Part shown: positions 17,777 to 28,051 of the stretch, in pieces
Layout of the letters: each line of letters starts with the position of its first letter
How positions within the stretch are numbered: position 1 is the stretch's first letter
Virus record (IMG/VR): IMGVR_UViG_3300035670_000035
Coordinates: 32,001 to 96,000 of that record
DNA from: a virus
Direction: 5' to 3' (one strand)
Length of the DNA: 64,000 bases
The notes under the pieces: generated by a model
The model's database searches: none
Told to the model about the DNA's origin: nothing
What the model saw: the letters and a program-made list of their open reading frames with translations, nothing else
Made by a program: the position numbers and the translations under genes

Positions 17777-18274
17777 ATGCCAATGCCTCAACCAAAAAAG
17801 AACGAAAAACAAAATGATTATATGGGTCGTTGCATGGAATTCATGAAAGACGAGAAATATCCACAAAAACAAAAAGTCGCAATTTGTTTAAATACTTTTC
17901 GTGGTCCTCAAAAGAAAGCTAAAGCAGAGATTGAGCTAGATATCAAAAACCCAGATTTAAACATACAAAATAATTCCAATAAACAAGAAATTCTTGAGGT
18001 TGATATTTCAGAGACCGAAGCCTATCAAAAAACATACAAGGGTAAAAAAAGAAGCGAACTAAAAGATAGCGATTTTCTTTTTCCAGAAACTAGAACTTTT
18101 CCTATAACAACACCACAAGACATACGTGATGCTATTAGTAATTTTGGCCGTATGAAGGGCGACATGACTTATGATGCTTTTATTAAAAAACTTTACAAAA
18201 AAGCCAAAAGCAAAGGCACTGATTTTGTAGCTGCTATTCCAGAAAAAACTAAAAAAGAACATAATCTTTCTTGA
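17777..18274 (+). CDS. Two-module phage protein, probably head/morphogenesis associated
   Basis: MPMPQPKKNEKQNDYMGRCM..YPQKQKVAIC and RSELKDSDFLFPETRTFPI..DAIS (DUF6582-like) modules. Confidence 0.6.
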   Translation: MPMPQPKKNEKQNDYMGRCMEFMKDEKYPQKQKVAICLNTFRGPQKKAKAEIELDIKNPDLNIQNNSNKQEILEVDISETEAYQKTYKGKKRSELKDSDFLFPETRTFPITTPQDIRDAISNFGRMKGDMTYDAFIKKLYKKAKSKGTDFVAAIPEKTKKEHNLS

Positions 18275-18299
18275 CTATAATACTTATTTAAGATAAAAT
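18271..18299 (+). promoter_or_regulatory. Sigma70-type promoter at the start of the glycosylation island
   Basis: TTGACT (18271), 17 nt, TAAAAT (18294). Confidence 0.7.
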
Positions 18300-18306
18300 A
18301 TTTATC

Positions 18307-19224
18307 TTGAATAATGTAAAAGATTATATTGTCTCCTATTACTCTAATAAGGTTTCTAATAAAAAACCTATAGAAGATATATTAAGTAATTCTACTCAAA
18401 AGAATATAGTAAATTATAACCAAGGCATTGGTGATGCTGTAGTTTTAAATAATCTATTATTTAAAGACGAAAATACAAGAAGCGATCTAAATATATTTAG
18501 TCTGTCCAAGCATTTCTCTGATGTGTTATACTTTAATAAGTTTAAAGATTCGAATCATATCAATAGTAATTCATTTTTTAGAGTAGAGATGCTTGAATTT
18601 CATAACGCTGGTAGCGGACATCTTATACAAAAGATGCGTAGATTTTTAAATCTTCCTGTTCATCAAAAACCTAAATCATATCTAGTCACAAATAAACAAA
18701 AAATTAGAAACAAAGTAGGAATCCATCTTACTACTGGATCAAGTGCATTTTTATTAAATATTCACAAGAACCCAAGGCAGATTTATAAAGAAAATATTAA
18801 AGTTATTAACGATTTTATTATTAGCAATCCACAATATTCATTCGTAGAGTTTGGAGGTCAATCAGTTGGACTAGAAAACTGTCATAACTTTTGCGGTAAA
18901 TCTATTATAGAATCTATAGAAGAATTATCTACATGTGAATATTTCATAGGATTAAATAGCAGCTTTATGAACCTAGCAGCTTGTTTTGATATTAAGTCTG
19001 TAATCATTATAAATATTCCAATAAAAGCCTCAGACGTTGTTCTTCCAGTACTAAAGGATATCGCAGTATCCGATATGAACTGGTTATATCCACAGAATAT
19101 TCATCTACATCAAGACTATGAATCTGAACTAGTCCCAAGATTCTCGATTGATAATCTTAAAAAGGCTTTTAATGGTGAAATTTATCCATTCTGGAAAGAA
19201 GATTATTTGGATTTAATATTTTAA
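18307..19224 (+). CDS. GT9-like (heptosyltransferase-like) glycosyltransferase
   Basis: GIGDAVV, VGIHL, YFIGLNSSFMNLAACFDIKSVII; TTG start uncertain. Confidence 0.7.
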   Translation: MNNVKDYIVSYYSNKVSNKKPIEDILSNSTQKNIVNYNQGIGDAVVLNNLLFKDENTRSDLNIFSLSKHFSDVLYFNKFKDSNHINSNSFFRVEMLEFHNAGSGHLIQKMRRFLNLPVHQKPKSYLVTNKQKIRNKVGIHLTTGSSAFLLNIHKNPRQIYKENIKVINDFIISNPQYSFVEFGGQSVGLENCHNFCGKSIIESIEELSTCEYFIGLNSSFMNLAACFDIKSVIIINIPIKASDVVLPVLKDIAVSDMNWLYPQNIHLHQDYESELVPRFSIDNLKKAFNGEIYPFWKEDYLDLIF

Positions 19225-19241
19225 ATTTATTATCATTAATA

Positions 19242-19580
19242 ATGATAGACCTATTAGTTGACGAAGCTTATGCTTTTGATTATTTAAGTATATTGCATGT
19301 CAAGAAAACAATTAATGAAAATATAGAGCCTATATGGAAAGAATGCTTCTTTTACATACAGAGACAAATAGGCGATAAATCAATGCAAGAAATAATACAT
19401 TCCACAGAATACAAGAACATGATTGAAGCTAATCAAATCACTTTTGATGCAGTTGAAAAAGCTAGATATGGATCAATTACCGCCAAAGAGGTAGACGAAG
19501 CTAATATGTTAAGATATAAAAGAAAATGCGAATTGCAAAATAAATTCTTTTCAGAAAAAATCAAAGAGATAAAAACATGA
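19242..19580 (+). CDS. Small helical protein, DUF6165-like
   Basis: VDEAYAFDYLSILHVK resembles the GELxDKITILEIK pattern seen near glycosylation genes. Confidence 0.45.
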   Translation: MIDLLVDEAYAFDYLSILHVKKTINENIEPIWKECFFYIQRQIGDKSMQEIIHSTEYKNMIEANQITFDAVEKARYGSITAKEVDEANMLRYKRKCELQNKFFSEKIKEIKT

Positions 19581-20296
19581 GAGTTATAGTTTTTACATTA
19601 TGGACTGGAAATTATGGCCCACTAGCACAAATAACTTCTAAAAATAAACAAGAATACTGTGATATTCAAAAATACCGCTTCGTAGAAAAAACTTCAGATT
19701 TTAAATTTCAACATACTGGTTTTGAAAAAATATATCAGACTCTACAACTATTAAAAAATAATGAATGCGATTTATTGTTTTGGTGTGGAACGGACACGTT
19801 AATTACAAACTATACCCTAAGACTACAAGACATGACAGATGAAAAACATGATTTTTTTATCACCACAGACGCCAATGATATTAATTCTGACGTATTTTTA
19901 ATTAAAAATAATTCAAGATCTATTGAGTTTTTTAGTGAAATTATAGATCTTTATGGAAAATACATAAGACATCCTTGGGCTGAACAACAAGCCATTATAG
20001 AAATGGTAAGATTGTGTCATGACGAAAACTTCGCTCCATGTAAAGATAATTGTCCAAAACCTAAATATTCAGATATAACTAAAATTGTACCACAAAAAAC
20101 TTTTAATTCTTATAATTATTTAATGTATCCAGATCATAACTTTGGTAGCGCAATAGAAAGATTTAGAAAGCAGCAAGATTTCTATGGAAATTATGGACAA
20201 TGGGAGCAAGGAGATTTTATGATCCATTGGCCAGGAAAATCTCTAGGCGAAAGAATATATTTAGCCAATCATTATAGTCAATATATAGTTAAATAA
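19577..20296 (+). CDS. GT34-like (galactosyl/xylosyl) transferase
   Basis: NKQEYC..Y, LLFWCGTDTLITN, INSDVFLIKN, WAEQQAI, GDFMIHWPG. Confidence 0.8.
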   Translation: MRVIVFTLWTGNYGPLAQITSKNKQEYCDIQKYRFVEKTSDFKFQHTGFEKIYQTLQLLKNNECDLLFWCGTDTLITNYTLRLQDMTDEKHDFFITTDANDINSDVFLIKNNSRSIEFFSEIIDLYGKYIRHPWAEQQAIIEMVRLCHDENFAPCKDNCPKPKYSDITKIVPQKTFNSYNYLMYPDHNFGSAIERFRKQQDFYGNYGQWEQGDFMIHWPGKSLGERIYLANHYSQYIVK

Positions 20297-20299
20297 AAC

Positions 20300-20328
20300 T
20301 TGATTATCTTATAAATCTATAATAGAAT
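20300..20328 (+). promoter_or_regulatory. Sigma70-type promoter for the rfbH operon
   Basis: TTGATT, 17 nt, TAGAAT. Confidence 0.6.
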
Positions 20329-20335
20329 CATACTA

Positions 20336-21658
20336 ATGGACTCTAAACTAATAAAGATTTTATCTGATATTTCAGAATATCTATCAGAGAAAAAGCTAAA
20401 TAAAGTTTGGGAAGCTGGAAAAGATTGGGTACAATATGCTGGACCACACTTCTCAAATGAAGAATATCTTTCTGCGATAGAAAGTCTTTTAAACGGCTGG
20501 CTAGTTCTTGGTGAGAAAGGTATATCTTTCGAAAATCAATTTCCAAAACTCTTAAATAAAGAATATGGAATATTGACAAATAGCGGAAGTAGTTCTAATT
20601 TAATTATGATGTCAGCTATGACATCTAAAAGATTATATAATTTTCCTAAGAACACAAAAGTAATTACTCCAATAGCAGGATTTCCAACAACTATAAATCC
20701 TATATTTCAAGTTGGTTTTATTCCAGCTTTTGTAGACATTGATTTAGATACTCTTAATCTTAATTTAGATCAAGTAGAAGAAGAGGCCAAAAAAGGTGCA
20801 AAAATCATAACCTTTGCTCATGTTCTTGGTAATCCTCCAAATATGCGAAGACTACAAGAAATTATCAAACAATATAACTTAATTCTTTTAGAAGATTGTT
20901 GTGACGCTTTAGGATCAACATTTGATAATAAACCTCTTGGAAGTTTTGGTGAATTTGCAAGTTGCTCTTTTTATCCTGCCCATCATATGACAATGGGAGA
21001 AGGTGGATTTGTCGCTTGTAATACACATCAACAAGAAATAGTCGCAAGAAGTTTTAGAGAATGGGGACGAGGATGTTATTGCGTAGGTAAAAAAGCTAAT
21101 CTATTAAAGAATGGAACTTGTAAAAGTAGATTTTCTAATTGGCTTCCTTCTTTACCAAATGAAGTTTTTGATCATAAATATGTTTATGATGAAATAGGTT
21201 ATAACTTGAAGCCTATTGAGTTACAAGCCGCTATAGGATTGATTCAAATGAATAAATTGCCAGAGATCCATACAAGAAGAAAATTAAATCATTCTAGACT
21301 TACTAATATTTTTTATAAATTCAAAGAACACTTCATATTACCACGAGCAACTGATTGGGCAGACCCAAGTTGGTTTGCATTTGCTTTAACTATTAAAGAC
21401 AACGCTCCTTTTAAAAGAAAAGATATAGTAAATTTTATTGAAGATAGAAAAATACAAACAAGACCTTATTTTGCTGGTAATATAATGTTACAACCAGCAT
21501 ACTCTGGAATGATTAATCATGAAGAAGTCATAAATAAATATCCAATAGCAAGAAAAGTAACAACAGATACATTTTTTCTTGGTACAAGTCCAGTAATAAC
21601 AAACGAGCAACTAGATTATGTAGAGGAAGTCGTAAATGACTTTTTTAAAACAATATGA
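20336..21658 (+). CDS. rfbH: NDP-4-keto-6-deoxyglucose 3-dehydrase (RfbH/DdhC E1, DegT family)
   Basis: TNSGSSSNL, EDCCDALG, SFYPAHHMTMGEGG (His in place of the PLP Lys), WGRGCYC..C [2Fe-2S] motif, GYNLK, FFLG. Confidence 0.92.
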   Translation: MDSKLIKILSDISEYLSEKKLNKVWEAGKDWVQYAGPHFSNEEYLSAIESLLNGWLVLGEKGISFENQFPKLLNKEYGILTNSGSSSNLIMMSAMTSKRLYNFPKNTKVITPIAGFPTTINPIFQVGFIPAFVDIDLDTLNLNLDQVEEEAKKGAKIITFAHVLGNPPNMRRLQEIIKQYNLILLEDCCDALGSTFDNKPLGSFGEFASCSFYPAHHMTMGEGGFVACNTHQQEIVARSFREWGRGCYCVGKKANLLKNGTCKSRFSNWLPSLPNEVFDHKYVYDEIGYNLKPIELQAAIGLIQMNKLPEIHTRRKLNHSRLTNIFYKFKEHFILPRATDWADPSWFAFALTIKDNAPFKRKDIVNFIEDRKIQTRPYFAGNIMLQPAYSGMINHEEVINKYPIARKVTTDTFFLGTSPVITNEQLDYVEEVVNDFFKTI

Positions 21659-22608
21659 AAATCGTCTACATAACTGGATGTCTTGGATTTATAGGTTCAT
21701 ATGTCACTAGACTTTGCCTTGATAAAGGTTGGTATGTAAAAGGTGTTGATAAAATTACTTATGCAGCAAATAAAAATCTCTTAGATGAATTTCAAAAATA
21801 TAAAAACTTTTCTTTTGTACATTGTGATATAAATGATTTAAAATTTTTATATGATTGTGATTATGTTATTAATACCGCAGCTGAAACTCATGTAGGTAAT
21901 TCTATTAGCAATAGTGATGATTTTATTTCATCAAATATTGACGGAGTTCATAATATATTAAATTTAATAAAAAACTATAGACAAGAATCAAATAAAAAAC
22001 CAATACTTTTACATTTTAGCACAGATGAAGTATATGGCGATATAAATAATGGAATTCATCTAGAAACAGATATTTTAAAACCTTCTAATCCATATTCAGC
22101 AACAAAAGCGGCAGCGGACATGTTAATATTAGCGTGGGCAAGAACCTATGGCATAAATTATGTAATAGTTAGACCAACAAATAATTATGGTATAGGACAA
22201 TATGTTGAAAAATTAATACCCAAAACATGCAAATATTTAAATTTAGGAAGAAAAGTTCCACTTCATAATAATGGAACTCCAATAAGAAATTGGCTACATG
22301 CAGAAGATACTGCAAAAGCGATAATTAAAATTATAGAAAAAGGAGTAAAAAACGATATTTATAATATCTCAGGAGGATTTGAGCAATCAAATTTAGAAAC
22401 AGTAAATAAGATAATATCCATTTTTTTAAATAATAAACCATATGATATTAATGATTATGTAGATTTTTCATTTTCTAGAATTGGCCAAGATATAAGATAT
22501 GCTTTAAATGATAATAAATTAAAACAATTAGATTGGAAAGCAGAAGCAGTTTTTGATAACGAGATAAAAAACATTGTTGAATATTATAAAAATATTTTTA
22601 TTTGGTAA
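21655..22608 (+). CDS. rfbB: dTDP-glucose 4,6-dehydratase (extended SDR)
   Basis: ITGCLGFIG, AAETHV, STDEVYG, NPYSATKAAAD, NNYG..Q..EKLIP, RNWLH. Confidence 0.9.
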   Translation: MKIVYITGCLGFIGSYVTRLCLDKGWYVKGVDKITYAANKNLLDEFQKYKNFSFVHCDINDLKFLYDCDYVINTAAETHVGNSISNSDDFISSNIDGVHNILNLIKNYRQESNKKPILLHFSTDEVYGDINNGIHLETDILKPSNPYSATKAAADMLILAWARTYGINYVIVRPTNNYGIGQYVEKLIPKTCKYLNLGRKVPLHNNGTPIRNWLHAEDTAKAIIKIIEKGVKNDIYNISGGFEQSNLETVNKIISIFLNNKPYDINDYVDFSFSRIGQDIRYALNDNKLKQLDWKAEAVFDNEIKNIVEYYKNIFIW

Positions 22609-22612
22609 ATAT

Positions 22613-23692
22613 ATGACGCATAAAATATTTGAAAATCTTTTTGTTCTAGAATTAGCAAACAACCATTGGGGATCTGTAGACAGAGGAAAGCAAATTATTA
22701 AACAATTTGCAAAAATTGTAAAAAATAATAAAATAAAAGCGGCTATTAAATTACAATTTAGAGATGTAGATAATTTTATCCATAAGGATTTTATTGAAAA
22801 TAAAAATAATATAAATTTATCAAAACTTACAAAAAGAGATAGATATATTCAAAAAACTTCAAAAACAAAACTATCTTATAAACAATTTAAACAATTAATT
22901 GAATATATAAGAAAACATGATTGTATACCAATGTCAACACCTTTTGATGAAAAGTCCGTAGACTGGTGTGTAGATTTAAAATTACCAATAATAAAAATTG
23001 CAAGTTCAGATATTAATGACTGGATTCTGATTAAGAAGATTGCCAACACAAAAATACCAGTTATATTATCAACAGGAGGAGCAAATGATAAACAAATAGA
23101 TGATGTTGTTAAATTTTTTATAAATAGAAATATACCTTTGGCTTTAAATCATTGCGTATCAAAATATCCAAGTGAAAATTCAGAATTAGAGTTAGATCAA
23201 ATTGATTATTTAAAAAGAAAATATCCAGAATTAATCATAGGATTATCTACTCATGAATATAAGGATTGGCATTCCTCTATGTTGATATCTTATGCAAAAG
23301 GAGCAAGAACATGGGAACGTCATATAGATATACCATATCCGCCAAACCACGAACAAAAAGAAGTATCATCATATTGTACACTTCCTGCTCAAGCAGATGA
23401 ATGGTTTAAGGCTTTTAATAAAGCAGTAGAAATGTGCGGCACTTCATCAAGAGCTAGAAGAATTATAGATCATAAAGAAAAAAAATATTTAGAATCTTTA
23501 TATCGAGGATTGTATCTTAAACAAAATTTAAAAAAAGGAACAAAGATTAAATTAAGTCATTTGTATTCAGCAATACCATATCAAAAAGAAATACGTCAAA
23601 TAACGTCTAGAGATTATTTTGAAAATGATTTTATATTAAATAAAGATATGAAAAAAGATTCCCCCTTAACAACGGATGATATTTTATCATGA
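22613..23692 (+). CDS. NeuB/SpsE-family PEP-dependent ulosonate synthase with SAF/AFP-like C-terminus
   Basis: LELANNHWG, KLQFR, STPFDEKSV, KIASSD, LSTGG, HCVSKYP, GLSTHE, ERH; start placed at ATG 22613. Confidence 0.9.
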   Translation: MTHKIFENLFVLELANNHWGSVDRGKQIIKQFAKIVKNNKIKAAIKLQFRDVDNFIHKDFIENKNNINLSKLTKRDRYIQKTSKTKLSYKQFKQLIEYIRKHDCIPMSTPFDEKSVDWCVDLKLPIIKIASSDINDWILIKKIANTKIPVILSTGGANDKQIDDVVKFFINRNIPLALNHCVSKYPSENSELELDQIDYLKRKYPELIIGLSTHEYKDWHSSMLISYAKGARTWERHIDIPYPPNHEQKEVSSYCTLPAQADEWFKAFNKAVEMCGTSSRARRIIDHKEKKYLESLYRGLYLKQNLKKGTKIKLSHLYSAIPYQKEIRQITSRDYFENDFILNKDMKKDSPLTTDDILS

Positions 23693-25425
23693 AAAAAATT
23701 TCTGATATAATAATAGATTTTTTAGAAAAAAAAGGGATAAATACTACATTTACTGTTTCTGGTGGGGGATGTATACATCTTATTGATTCATTAAGACGAT
23801 CTAAGATGAAAGTAATATGTACTCATCATGAGCAATCAGCACTTATGGCTAGTGAAGGGTATTATAGAATGTGTAATAATATATCATTAAATTTAGTAAC
23901 AACTGGCCCAGGAGGGACAAACACCCTAACTGGATTATTGGGATTATGGTTAGATAGCATACCATCAATTATAATATCTGGACAAGTACAAACAAGTCAA
24001 TTATCAAAAGGAACAGGATGTCGTCAGATTGGAGATCAAGAATTTGATATTATTAAGATAGTTAAGCCTATGACAAAATACGCCAAAATGATAACAGATG
24101 CTAATTGTATTATAGAAGAATTAGAAAAAGCATATAATTTAGCACTAGATGGAAGACCTGGCCCAGTATGGCTTGATATTCCATTAGATATTCAAGCTAC
24201 TATGATTTCGGAAAAGTTAAGTGAAGAAGAGAATAAAAAAATAAATAAAAAAATAAATTTTAAAAAAATAGAATTATTTAGAAAATTACTAGAAACATCA
24301 AAAAGACCATTATTTATAGTTGGAAATGGAATTAGATTATCAAATACATATAATGATCTAAATAATATTTTATCAAATTTAAAAATACCAGTAGTTACTG
24401 GTCCTCATTCAGGAGTAGATGCAGTTGATAATACTTACGAATACTATGCTGGAAGAATTGGTATATTAGGACAACTTACATCAAATAAGATTGTTCAAGA
24501 GGCAGATTTATTGATAATGCTAGGGACTCGACTATCAATGAAAATGACGGGATATAATATAAAAGACTTTTCCCCCAATTCTAAGAAAATTATGATAGAT
24601 ATAGATAGAAATGAAATAAAAAAACATAAATTTAATATTGATTTAAAACTAGCCTGTGATTTGCGCGATTTTTTTAATAATATAAAAAATATTAAATTTA
24701 ATTTGAATACAAATGAATGGAGAAGTAAAGTAAAAGATTATAGAAATAAGCAAATCTATGTTTATCCCAAACATGCAAATTTAAAAGACTACGCTAGTCT
24801 TTATTATTTAATTAATCAAGCTCCTAATATATTTAAAAATACTCCAATAATAACAAGCAATGGCAGCGCTCATGTTGTGACACTTCAAACTTATCAATTA
24901 AAAAAAGATCAAAGATTATTTACAAACGTTGGTTGTGCTAGTATGGGTTATGGATTACCAGCCGCAATAGGCGCCTGTATTGCGAACAATAATAAACCAG
25001 TAATCTGTATAGAAGGAGATGGAAGTTTAATGATGAATTTACAAGAGATAGAAACAATTATAGGTTATAAATTACCATTAAAATTATTAGTGATTAATAA
25101 TAATGGTTATCTTTCTATTAAGCTAACTCAACAATCATTTTTTGAGGGCAAAGAGTTTGCAAGCGGGCCATCTAATGGAGTGACTATTCCAAATTATGAA
25201 AAAATTGCGAATGCTTTTGGAATTAAATATTTTTCCATAAAAAATAATCAAGAAATAAAAAAGAATTTAATTGAAATGATGGAATTTGATGGGGCGTGTT
25301 TTGTAGAAATATTTACTCACCCAAAAGAAAAACACGAACCAAAAGTAACACATAAGGGAATTGGAATAGATGGAAAAATTATTCCTGGATCTCTAATAGA
25401 CATGCATATTTCGGAAAATTTTTAA
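23689..25425 (+). CDS. TPP-dependent acetolactate synthase-like enzyme (YerE-like)
   Basis: HHEQSALMASEGY, TTGPGGTN, SGQV, GRPGPVWLDIPLD, SMGYGLPAAIGA, GDGSLMMN..NN. Confidence 0.92.
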   Translation: MKKISDIIIDFLEKKGINTTFTVSGGGCIHLIDSLRRSKMKVICTHHEQSALMASEGYYRMCNNISLNLVTTGPGGTNTLTGLLGLWLDSIPSIIISGQVQTSQLSKGTGCRQIGDQEFDIIKIVKPMTKYAKMITDANCIIEELEKAYNLALDGRPGPVWLDIPLDIQATMISEKLSEEENKKINKKINFKKIELFRKLLETSKRPLFIVGNGIRLSNTYNDLNNILSNLKIPVVTGPHSGVDAVDNTYEYYAGRIGILGQLTSNKIVQEADLLIMLGTRLSMKMTGYNIKDFSPNSKKIMIDIDRNEIKKHKFNIDLKLACDLRDFFNNIKNIKFNLNTNEWRSKVKDYRNKQIYVYPKHANLKDYASLYYLINQAPNIFKNTPIITSNGSAHVVTLQTYQLKKDQRLFTNVGCASMGYGLPAAIGACIANNNKPVICIEGDGSLMMNLQEIETIIGYKLPLKLLVINNNGYLSIKLTQQSFFEGKEFASGPSNGVTIPNYEKIANAFGIKYFSIKNNQEIKKNLIEMMEFDGACFVEIFTHPKEKHEPKVTHKGIGIDGKIIPGSLIDMHISENF

Positions 25426-25426
25426 T

Positions 25427-26059
25427 ATGGTAGTATTTTTAACAGGAGGCAGTGGAGGAATTGGCTCAATTATAAGTTCCGTGCTAAAAACCGAAGGGAT
25501 GGAAGTTATTGAGCCAACCTCTAAAGAGCTAGATTTAACAAGTAATATTAATGTATCAAATATAAAAAAAATAGATGCATTTATACATTGCGCAGGAATA
25601 AATAATCTTGCACATCATAAAGATATAAATAGAAACGAATTATTAAATATATTTAATATAAATACTTTCAGTTTTATTGAATTATGCAATAAATTAAATA
25701 TTAATTATGGCGGAAATATTATTGCCATAGGCTCTATATACGCAACTAAAGCTAAAGAAGAAAGAATGCAATATACAATGTCAAAACACGCTCTGTATGG
25801 ATGTATAAAAACTTTAGCTTTAGAAAAAGCAAAAGATTTAATAAAAGTTAATATGATTTCTCCAGGATTTGTTAATACCCTACTAACAAGGAAAAATAAT
25901 ACTAAAGAAAGAATAGATTTTCTAAATTATAATATTCCATTAGGTATGACAAATCCATATGATATAGCTAATCTTTGTGTTTTTTTAATAAAATATAATA
26001 ATTCAATAACTGGCCAAAATATTGAAGTAGATGGAGGCTATTCATTAAAAGGAATATAA
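25427..26059 (+). CDS. Short-chain dehydrogenase/reductase
   Basis: TGGSGGIG, HCAG, IGS, YTMSK, VNMISPG, TGQNIEVDGG. Confidence 0.92.
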   Translation: MVVFLTGGSGGIGSIISSVLKTEGMEVIEPTSKELDLTSNINVSNIKKIDAFIHCAGINNLAHHKDINRNELLNIFNINTFSFIELCNKLNINYGGNIIAIGSIYATKAKEERMQYTMSKHALYGCIKTLALEKAKDLIKVNMISPGFVNTLLTRKNNTKERIDFLNYNIPLGMTNPYDIANLCVFLIKYNNSITGQNIEVDGGYSLKGI

Positions 26060-27093
26060 TGAATACATTCTTAATAAATAATAAAAAATTTATAATAAAT
26101 AATCAAAAAATAAAAGATAGATTATTAATTAAATCTCATCCTAAAGACTATGAAGTAATTTTTGATTCTTTCTTTTCATTATTCTTTTCTTTTAAAGAAG
26201 ACGAAATAGTTCTAATTGATAAAAATATAAGAAAAATATATGATATTAATCATAGTAAATTAATTGAAATAGAAGCCATGGAAGAAAATAAAACTATTGA
26301 AACAGTTCTAAATGTTTGTGAAAAATTATCATCTTTTAATTTTAATAAAGGTAATACATTGATCGTGATTGGTGGAGGAATTCTGCAAGACATTGGGGCT
26401 TTTACAGCAAAAATATATAAAAGAGGAATAAGATGGATATATGTTCCAACTACGCTTCTTTCACAATGCGATAGCTGTATAGGAGGCAAAACGGCATTAA
26501 ATTTTAATAAATATAAAAATCAATTAGCTTTATTTTCTGCCCCAGATAAAGTTATTATTGATACTAATTTTTTGAATACTTTAAGCAATGAAGAGATAAA
26601 ATCTGGATATGGAGAAATTATTAAATTCTTTTTGATCGGTGGAGATTATTATATAAATAATTTTGAAAAATTTGATATTAAAACAAATATTATTCATTCA
26701 TTGAATATCAAAAAAGCAATTATAGAATATGATGAATTTGAAAATGATGAAAGAAAATCGCTAAATTATGGACACTCATTTGGACATGCGATAGAGTCTA
26801 TAACTAATTATAAAATTTGCCATGGCGAAGCAGTAATGCTAGGAATTGAAATTATAAATAAACTTTTTTTAAAATCTTCTCGCATAAGTAAAATTATAAA
26901 TAAATTTACAAATCTAGATAGAATAAAAGATATAAATCTAATAGATTTAATTGAAAGAATAAAAACTGATAAAAAAGTAAATGGAGATATAATAAGCTTA
27001 GTTAGTATTAAAAAATTTGGTGAAACAATTTTCATTAAACAAAAATTAGATAATAGTTTATTAAATAAATTAAATGAAATATTTACTAGTTGA
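26059..27093 (+). CDS. 3-dehydroquinate synthase-like sugar-phosphate cyclase
   Basis: GGGILQD, PTTLLSQCDSCIGGK, KN, GEIIK, LNYGHSFGHAIE, HGEAV (all three Zn ligands present). Confidence 0.9.
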   Translation: MNTFLINNKKFIINNQKIKDRLLIKSHPKDYEVIFDSFFSLFFSFKEDEIVLIDKNIRKIYDINHSKLIEIEAMEENKTIETVLNVCEKLSSFNFNKGNTLIVIGGGILQDIGAFTAKIYKRGIRWIYVPTTLLSQCDSCIGGKTALNFNKYKNQLALFSAPDKVIIDTNFLNTLSNEEIKSGYGEIIKFFLIGGDYYINNFEKFDIKTNIIHSLNIKKAIIEYDEFENDERKSLNYGHSFGHAIESITNYKICHGEAVMLGIEIINKLFLKSSRISKIINKFTNLDRIKDINLIDLIERIKTDKKVNGDIISLVSIKKFGETIFIKQKLDNSLLNKLNEIFTS

Positions 27094-28051
27094 TTTTGGC
27101 GCATCGTACATAAAAAATATCGTTTACGATACAGATTCAAAAAATATATTATATTCTAATACAATAGATTCTCCATTTAAAACAAGTAAAAGAATATCTA
27201 GATCAAAATTAAAAAATATTTTAATAAATATTATAGAAAAAACATCTAATATAGATGGAATAATAATATGTACAATCATCGGAGGAGGGTGGATTGATGA
27301 CATTTACTATTCTTGGCAATCAGATAATAAAAATGTAAAAGAACATTGTCTAATAAGTGGGCTTTTTATAAATTCAAGAAACTATCATGTACATGCACAT
27401 CATAAATATAATAGCCTAAGTGAAACCCAAGATAATTTAGAAATTTTAGGCAAAATAAAAAATATTCCGATATATAGTTCTCTAGGAGATACAAATTGTG
27501 TTATTAAATCTCTAGATTTAAAAAATAATGAATATATAATTAATATTGGAACAGGTTCTCAAGTCATATATAAAGATAGAGATAATAAGATTAATATAAA
27601 TAAATATATTCCCGCAGGAAGAGCATTACTTGTTTATGATAATTTTTTTAAAACTTTAGGTTTAAATTTTTTTAAAATGTTAAAAACTATAAAACCAGAA
27701 GATGTATACGCCAGCAATCTTAATATTAATTTAAATCTATTCGAACAAGCATTTGATTATGTTAATGGGGGCAGCATTAGTAATATAAATGAAGATAATC
27801 TCACTATTAATAATTTATTAGGATCAATATTACGTTGCTTAGTTTTACAATACAAACAATTTATAAAAGATAAATCAAAAAATACATTAATATTAACAGG
27901 TGGAATACCCAAGAAATTACCAATATTAAAAAAACTTTTTAAATTTTATTATTCAAATTATAAAATTAAAATTATTTTAAATAATATAGAAGATACTCAT
28001 TTAGGTATGATTAGATATTTGGAAGATAAATTAGAAAATGAACAAAGATAG
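27074..28051 (+). CDS. FGGY-family / sedoheptulokinase-like sugar kinase
   Basis: LLVDFGASYIK, LGDTNC, INIGTGSQV, LTGG (actin-like ATPase motifs). Confidence 0.7.
   Translation: MKYLLVDFGASYIKNIVYDTDSKNILYSNTIDSPFKTSKRISRSKLKNILINIIEKTSNIDGIIICTIIGGGWIDDIYYSWQSDNKNVKEHCLISGLFINSRNYHVHAHHKYNSLSETQDNLEILGKIKNIPIYSSLGDTNCVIKSLDLKNNEYIINIGTGSQVIYKDRDNKININKYIPAGRALLVYDNFFKTLGLNFFKMLKTIKPEDVYASNLNINLNLFEQAFDYVNGGSISNINEDNLTINNLLGSILRCLVLQYKQFIKDKSKNTLILTGGIPKKLPILKKLFKFYYSNYKIKIILNNIEDTHLGMIRYLEDKLENEQR

Noticed and set aside
26059-27093. Shikimate pathway auxiliary gene (aroB)
   Set aside because: No other aro genes are nearby and it is coupled within a sugar-nucleotide operon; kept as a DHQS-like cyclase of unknown substrate.
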